Under the pieces are notes generated by a model that was not told the DNA's origin, did no database searches, and was given only the letters and a program-made list of their open reading frames with translations. Shown here piece by piece: positions 59,157 through 64,000 of a stretch of 64,000 bases of DNA. Source of the stretch: Afipia sp. (GTDB taxonomy: Bacteria > Pseudomonadota > Alphaproteobacteria > Rhizobiales > Xanthobacteraceae); assembly GCA_017474385.1 (NCBI GenBank), contig JAFVHU010000146.1:10844-74843 (forward strand). Reading direction: 5' to 3'. The translations under genes and the position numbers were made by a program. The first letter of the stretch is position 1; every line of letters begins with the position of its first letter.

Positions 59157-59360
59157 TTCTCGGGGACGCCGCCACCCGACAACCATTGCTTCGACAAGGC
59201 TTCCGGATTCGCTGTTACGCCATTCGCCGTTGACGCGGCGGCACGCAAAGGGAAGCTGATAGGTCCCGCTCTTGTCCTCGCATAAAACCTGAACCGCCTC
59301 ATCGGGAGACGGTTCGCCGTTGCCGTCAAATTCTGCAAGTCTTTGTAGACGTGTTGACAT
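59145..59360 (-). CDS. Hypothetical protein (71 aa)
   Basis: GGAAGGA RBS; MSTRLQRLAEF...VLCEDKSGTYQLPFAC...VVGWR. Confidence 0.7.
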   Translation of the reverse strand: MSTRLQRLAEFDGNGEPSPDEAVQVLCEDKSGTYQLPFACRRVNGEWRNSESGSLVEAMVVGWRRPREARS

Positions 59361-59601
59361 CGGCAAAAATCCTTCCGCGATAAAAATGCGCCGGCCGCAA
59401 CGCCTGTTCCGCGGTTCCGTCCGGACGCGACGGATAACGATCAAATTAAGACGCTCGCGCGTGTCCATTTTAAGACATTCGCGATTACACATCTTCAAAG
59501 TTGCATCTGTTGGCTGCGATTTGATCGTTCGTCATCGCTGGTTTTCGCTCACCCGATTGTGAGATGATGCGTCAGCAACAAGAAGAATCATTGGGGGAAG
59601 C

Positions 59602-60447
59602 ATGCAGGAACTCGCCGGCACGACAGCATTCGTGACGGGCGGCGCCAGTGGTATCGGTTTCGCGCTCGGGCGGGCCTTTGCGGAGGCGGGCATGAAGGTG
59701 ATGCTTGCCGATATCGAGACGGACGCATTGGCTGCTGCGGTGAAGAGTCTTCACAACGTCGGCCCGGATGTGCGCGGCATCGACTGCGATGTGACCGATC
59801 CTGTCAGTGTCGAGCGTGCCGCCAAGGCAACATATGACGCGTTCGGAAACGTGCACGTGGTTTGCAACAATGCCGGTGTTGCCGGCGGTGGCGGTATCGA
59901 CAACATCCAGCTCGATAGCTGGCGCTGGGTGCTCGATGTCAACCTGATGGGCGTCGTGCATGGCATCCGCACGTTCGTTCCGCACATCCGCGCCCACGGC
60001 GAGGGCGGCCACATCGTCAACACGGCGTCGATGGCTGGAATGCAAGGCGACCTCGGCTTCAGCCCTTATACTGCCAGCAAGTTCGCGGTTGTCGGCATGT
60101 CGGAGGGGCTCGCGCCGCAGCTTGCGCCGCTCGGTATCGGTGTCAGCGTTCTCTGTCCGGGGTTTGTCCGCACCCGCATCGGAGAAAGCGGACGGAACCG
60201 GCCGGAGCATTACGGTCAGACGGAAGCAGCGGACCCCGCAAGCCCGATGGGCATGATGGTGGCCCAGATCGCCCAACTGATCCAGTCAGGGCTCGATCCG
60301 TCGGACGTCGCCGCGCGTGTCCTGGCCGCGATTCGCGCGAACGACCTGTATGTGTTCACCCATCCAGAGATGCGAACCACGGTCGAGGATCGGTTTGCCG
60401 CCATTGGGGCAGCCATGGACAAGGCGGTCGCCCACGGACGCGGCTGA
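59602..60447 (+). CDS. Short-chain dehydrogenase/reductase
   Basis: TGGASGIG, NNAG, YTASK. Confidence 0.93.
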   Translation: MQELAGTTAFVTGGASGIGFALGRAFAEAGMKVMLADIETDALAAAVKSLHNVGPDVRGIDCDVTDPVSVERAAKATYDAFGNVHVVCNNAGVAGGGGIDNIQLDSWRWVLDVNLMGVVHGIRTFVPHIRAHGEGGHIVNTASMAGMQGDLGFSPYTASKFAVVGMSEGLAPQLAPLGIGVSVLCPGFVRTRIGESGRNRPEHYGQTEAADPASPMGMMVAQIAQLIQSGLDPSDVAARVLAAIRANDLYVFTHPEMRTTVEDRFAAIGAAMDKAVAHGRG

Positions 60448-60538
60448 TTTTCTCGCGAAACACCCGGGTTTCAACAATTGGGACAAGCATTGATTCACTT
60501 CTTCGCGCCGAACATTGGCGATGGAAAGGAGTGGGCCC

Positions 60539-60736
60539 ATGCGTCAGCTTATTCTTGCAATCACGGGCGCGGGCGGGGTCTTCCTGCTCGCCGGCGCCAC
60601 CCGGAACCGCGGCTGGGCTTTAGCCGATGAAGTCTGCCGTCAAGGTTCGATGCTGTGCGACAACCCCGGATGGGTGCTCGTTACGATCGCGGCCTTGCTG
60701 TTTGTTGCGACCATTCAAACCATCGCCAAAACCTGA
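60539..60736 (+). CDS. Small two-TM membrane protein with C-x6-C loop
   Basis: AAGGAG RBS; VCRQGSMLCDNPGWVLV resembles the 9750 ORF. Confidence 0.75.
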   Translation: MRQLILAITGAGGVFLLAGATRNRGWALADEVCRQGSMLCDNPGWVLVTIAALLFVATIQTIAKT

Positions 60737-60800
60737 GCGGTGGAAACAGATCAGTTCATCGGACCGTGAGCCAATCCGGCCGGACCTTGTCAGATGTCGG

Positions 60801-61658
60801 TTACATCGCGAGGGTCTGACAGAACTCGTCGAACGCAGAACTCTCCACGCTCAACGTGGTCGCCGATGTTCCGGGACCGGCGGCGAGTTCACGCGGTGCA
60901 ATCTCGGCCGGGCGGGCCTGCGTGATCTGCGCGGCGTTCGCGAACATCGGCTGTTCAAAGCGTTTCGCGCCTTCCGCGTCGATCGCGAAGAGGGGGCGAT
61001 ATTTGTCGAACCCGTTGTCCTCGAGCATGATGAAAGTGCGGTTATCAAGCACCCGCCAGTGTCCTTCGAACCGGGCCGCGACCACCGCGTGGTCGTCGCC
61101 GGTCGCGGTTTCGCGAATGATCAGGAGGCGAAGATCCTCTGCCGCGACGCCGGCGGCGCGCAGCGCAACAAGCTTGGCAATCGCATAGTCCTCGCAGTCG
61201 CCAGCTCCCGCCGCCAGCGTGGCCAGCGGTGACGACCAGTAATCCTCGACACCGTATTGCGCACGGTCGCTGACCGGGCGGATGGCAAGATTGAAAGCGC
61301 GGTTGATTTCGCCGAATCGGGCAAGGCCCTCACGGCCGGAGGCCATCTTCACGATTTCCAGGAAGCGGAGAGCAGGCTGGGATGCGCAATGTCCGGGGTC
61401 GTTGGCGCAAGCGGCGATGATCCCGGATTCAGCCGTGATGGCGCGCTCGACGGCCTCCCATTTGGCGCGAAGAGGGCCGTCGGCCAGCATCGAGGTTGGA
61501 AGCCCGAACGGCTCTGAAACATTGCCGGACCTCGCCTTGGATTCATCGATGGCTGTGTCGCGCAGCGGATAGGCCGCCCCATGAGCGAATCCGCCCAAGG
61601 CGCTGAGAATGAACATGAATGACAATGCGCCTGCGCGTAGAACGTTGAAAGCCGACAT
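60801..61658 (-). CDS. Transglutaminase-like cysteine peptidase (BTLCP, LapG-like)
   Basis: Signal peptide; GDCEDYAIAK, HAVV, VLDN catalytic triad motifs. Confidence 0.92.
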   Translation of the reverse strand: MSAFNVLRAGALSFMFILSALGGFAHGAAYPLRDTAIDESKARSGNVSEPFGLPTSMLADGPLRAKWEAVERAITAESGIIAACANDPGHCASQPALRFLEIVKMASGREGLARFGEINRAFNLAIRPVSDRAQYGVEDYWSSPLATLAAGAGDCEDYAIAKLVALRAAGVAAEDLRLLIIRETATGDDHAVVAARFEGHWRVLDNRTFIMLEDNGFDKYRPLFAIDAEGAKRFEQPMFANAAQITQARPAEIAPRELAAGPGTSATTLSVESSAFDEFCQTLAM

Positions 61659-62219
61659 GTGACGCCCCTTGTCCGGACATCGGCTCGCAACGTATGCATG
61701 CTCGTGACCGGATCATCTGGTCACAAGGATTAGGCGCGTCCCCTTTTCGACGGCTTAAACAGCGGGCTAATCAGCCATTTGGATTCAAATATGCGGAACT
61801 GACGCTGACCACATTGTCTAAAATTGTAGATAGGGCTAACGCGCAGGTGTCGGTGTATAAAAACCTAATCTTACAGTAATGAGGGGATTTTTGACGCAGA
61901 ATCATAAGTCGATTTCGACAACTATACTGTATAGATTGGTTATCGGTCGATTACCAATGCGCCGTTTTGTGGCTTTTAGGCTCGATTTGCCTAGGCTGAT
62001 AGGTCGACGATTTTGCGAAGGACCATGGATTATCGATTTTATTCCATGACATTAGAAAACAGTAGCGGAATAACCAAGTCATCACCGTGCAATTTTACTT
62101 AACAGGGGCGTGTAAAACCATGCCGTTTAGTTCAATTCACTATGGGGCCGCGGTCTTTGATGCTATGAATTGCGAATTCTGAATTTCTTAAGAATAATTT
62201 TCAGACGGGCGGGCTGAGT

Positions 62220-64000
62220 TTGAATTTTTCCGGACCATTTGATGCCGGGTTATCGCACGACTCCCCAGTTTCACTGGGCGGAGAGCGATTCTCTTTCGAT
62301 TCGAAGCAAAATTTCGTTCAGCATCATATGTCGGACAACCAAGTCGTTGTTCCCGACGCACATCTGCTGTTCTCCGGCGACTATATGCGGATCGGCAACG
62401 ACCTGATCATTTCAGGTGACGGCCAGAAATTTGTCGTCGGCAATTACTTTAAGGGTGAAGCGAGGCCAGTCCTGGCCACCAAGGACGGTGCGACCCTCGG
62501 GGGTCACATCGTGGATGCGCTCACCGGTCACGTCCACTACGCCCAGGCTGCCGCGCCGGCACAGGCCGGGCAGGCCATCGGTCACGTCCTGAAAATGTCC
62601 GGAAGCGCCGCCGTGATCCGGAACGGCGTGTCGGTTGAGCTGCATATCGGCGACGCCGTTCAAAAAGGCGACGTGGTCCAGACCGGATCGAATTCGTCGA
62701 TCGGCATGACGTTCGTTGACGGCAGCGCGTTCGGCATGACGTCGAATGCGCGCATGGTGCTCAACGAGATGATCTTCGATCCGAACGGATCGTCGAACTC
62801 ATCGCTGATCAGCCTGGTTCAGGGCACCATTACCTTCGTTGCGGGACAAACCGCCAAGAACGGCAACATGCGCGTCGAGACGCCGGTTGCCACCATGGGT
62901 ATTCGCGGCACCGCGGTGCTGGTGGAAATCGGCGCGAACGACGGACCGACAAAATTCTCGGTGCTGGTCGAGCCGGACGGGCATACCGGCTCCTACAATC
63001 TCTACGACAAGACGACCGGCCAGTTGATCGGAACGGTGTCGCAGGCCGGGCAGGTGACCTACGTCTCGGTCAGCGGCATTGGCCAGCCTCCAACCGCGAT
63101 CGAACAACTCAAGACGCTCGCGGATCAGGAAGCTTCAAAAACTTTGATCCAGGAGGTCTTCAAGCTTTATTTCCCGAACTACAATCCGGATAACTCCAAT
63201 CCGAAGTCGCAGAAAAACGGGTTTGGCTCGCCCGGCGACAACCTCAATCCGTTCGCGTTCTACAAACCGCTGCAAGACCTTGGGCCACCCAAAATAATCA
63301 CAATCCCGGGTGTCGGAGTTGATCCCGTCACCGGTCAGCCGAATCCCCCGAGAGTTTTCTACAACACCAAGGCGCAGTTCTCGGCGCTCCCTGTCTTCGC
63401 GGATCAGGCATTCTCTCCGACGATCAGGGTTTTTTTCTTCAAGAACGTCGTCAAGATCGACGATCCGGATATCGGCAATGCACCGTTCTACGATGTCGGA
63501 GTTCCGTTCGTCGCCGGCAGCGCTATCATCAAGAGCGCGGTCAGCACGGTCGGCTATCTCAGCGAAGCATTTCTGAAGCCGCTGATTAACATCAACCAGA
63601 CGACGGGCGTCGTCTCCTTTGACCGCGAGCAGTTCAACTTCCTGGATGACGGCCAGACCGTCACCTTCAAGATTCAGGTCACCGCGACATCGGGGCCGGA
63701 CACCGGTCTCGTCGAAATTCCGATCACGATTACGGGCGCCAACGACGCGCCGACGATCGTGGTGGGCGCTGCGACGGTCATCACCGGCGCGGTCAAGGAA
63801 GACGTCCCGGCTGCGTCGGGTCACATCGAGTCGAACGGCACGATCACATTCCAGGACGTCGATCTGACCGACGCGCACACCGCGACTGTCGAATTGACGT
63901 CGACGGCCTCGACCCTGCCGGGCTTTGTTAGCGGTGCTGGAAGTGCCGCGACGACAACCAAAATCGGAACATTCACCATCGATCCGGTATCGGAGAGTAC
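62220..64000 (+). CDS. Large surface adhesin (FecR-like domain followed by VCBS/Ig-like repeats); partial, start inferred
   Basis: Open frame from TTG 62220 to window end: PDAHLLFSGDY, VETPVATMGIRGT (FecR), ITITGANDAP and GTITFQDVDLTDAH (VCBS). Confidence 0.85.
   Translation, partial: MNFSGPFDAGLSHDSPVSLGGERFSFDSKQNFVQHHMSDNQVVVPDAHLLFSGDYMRIGNDLIISGDGQKFVVGNYFKGEARPVLATKDGATLGGHIVDALTGHVHYAQAAAPAQAGQAIGHVLKMSGSAAVIRNGVSVELHIGDAVQKGDVVQTGSNSSIGMTFVDGSAFGMTSNARMVLNEMIFDPNGSSNSSLISLVQGTITFVAGQTAKNGNMRVETPVATMGIRGTAVLVEIGANDGPTKFSVLVEPDGHTGSYNLYDKTTGQLIGTVSQAGQVTYVSVSGIGQPPTAIEQLKTLADQEASKTLIQEVFKLYFPNYNPDNSNPKSQKNGFGSPGDNLNPFAFYKPLQDLGPPKIITIPGVGVDPVTGQPNPPRVFYNTKAQFSALPVFADQAFSPTIRVFFFKNVVKIDDPDIGNAPFYDVGVPFVAGSAIIKSAVSTVGYLSEAFLKPLININQTTGVVSFDREQFNFLDDGQTVTFKIQVTATSGPDTGLVEIPITITGANDAPTIVVGAATVITGAVKEDVPAASGHIESNGTITFQDVDLTDAHTATVELTSTASTLPGFVSGAGSAATTTKIGTFTIDPVSES

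Overview
GC-rich alphaproteobacterial chromosome segment. Gene content and repeat families point to Nitrobacteraceae (Afipia/Bradyrhizobium-like); this assignment is an inference. Bases 1-9638 are accessory DNA ending at a 3' tRNA-Lys(UUU) fragment that looks like attR. Bases 1-2340 hold stress-type cargo: a ROSE-controlled Hsp20, helical microproteins and a truncated PAS sensor. Bases ~2340-9638 hold a compact phage-satellite-like element, all genes on the minus strand: integrase, xis/AlpA, an unclassified Rep-like gene ending in four helically phased iterons, two small ORFs, TerS-like, TerL, a protein with a duplicated L-x-x-AWKS helix, and a gene cut by a deletion. It has no capsid, portal or tail genes in the window, and five of its proteins share an R-x-R-[VI]-[RKT]-[ILT] peptide. 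The rest is core genome: ndvB/D/C cyclic glucan genes, glmU-glmS, recG, sdhE-mfd, a degenerate GGDEF protein, ialB, hspQ, pcsA, rimO, a nasT/nasS-regulated nitrate assimilation operon, pxpBCA, and a LapG-like protease divergent from a large adhesin that runs off the window end. Product calls come from motif recognition only; no database searches were run.
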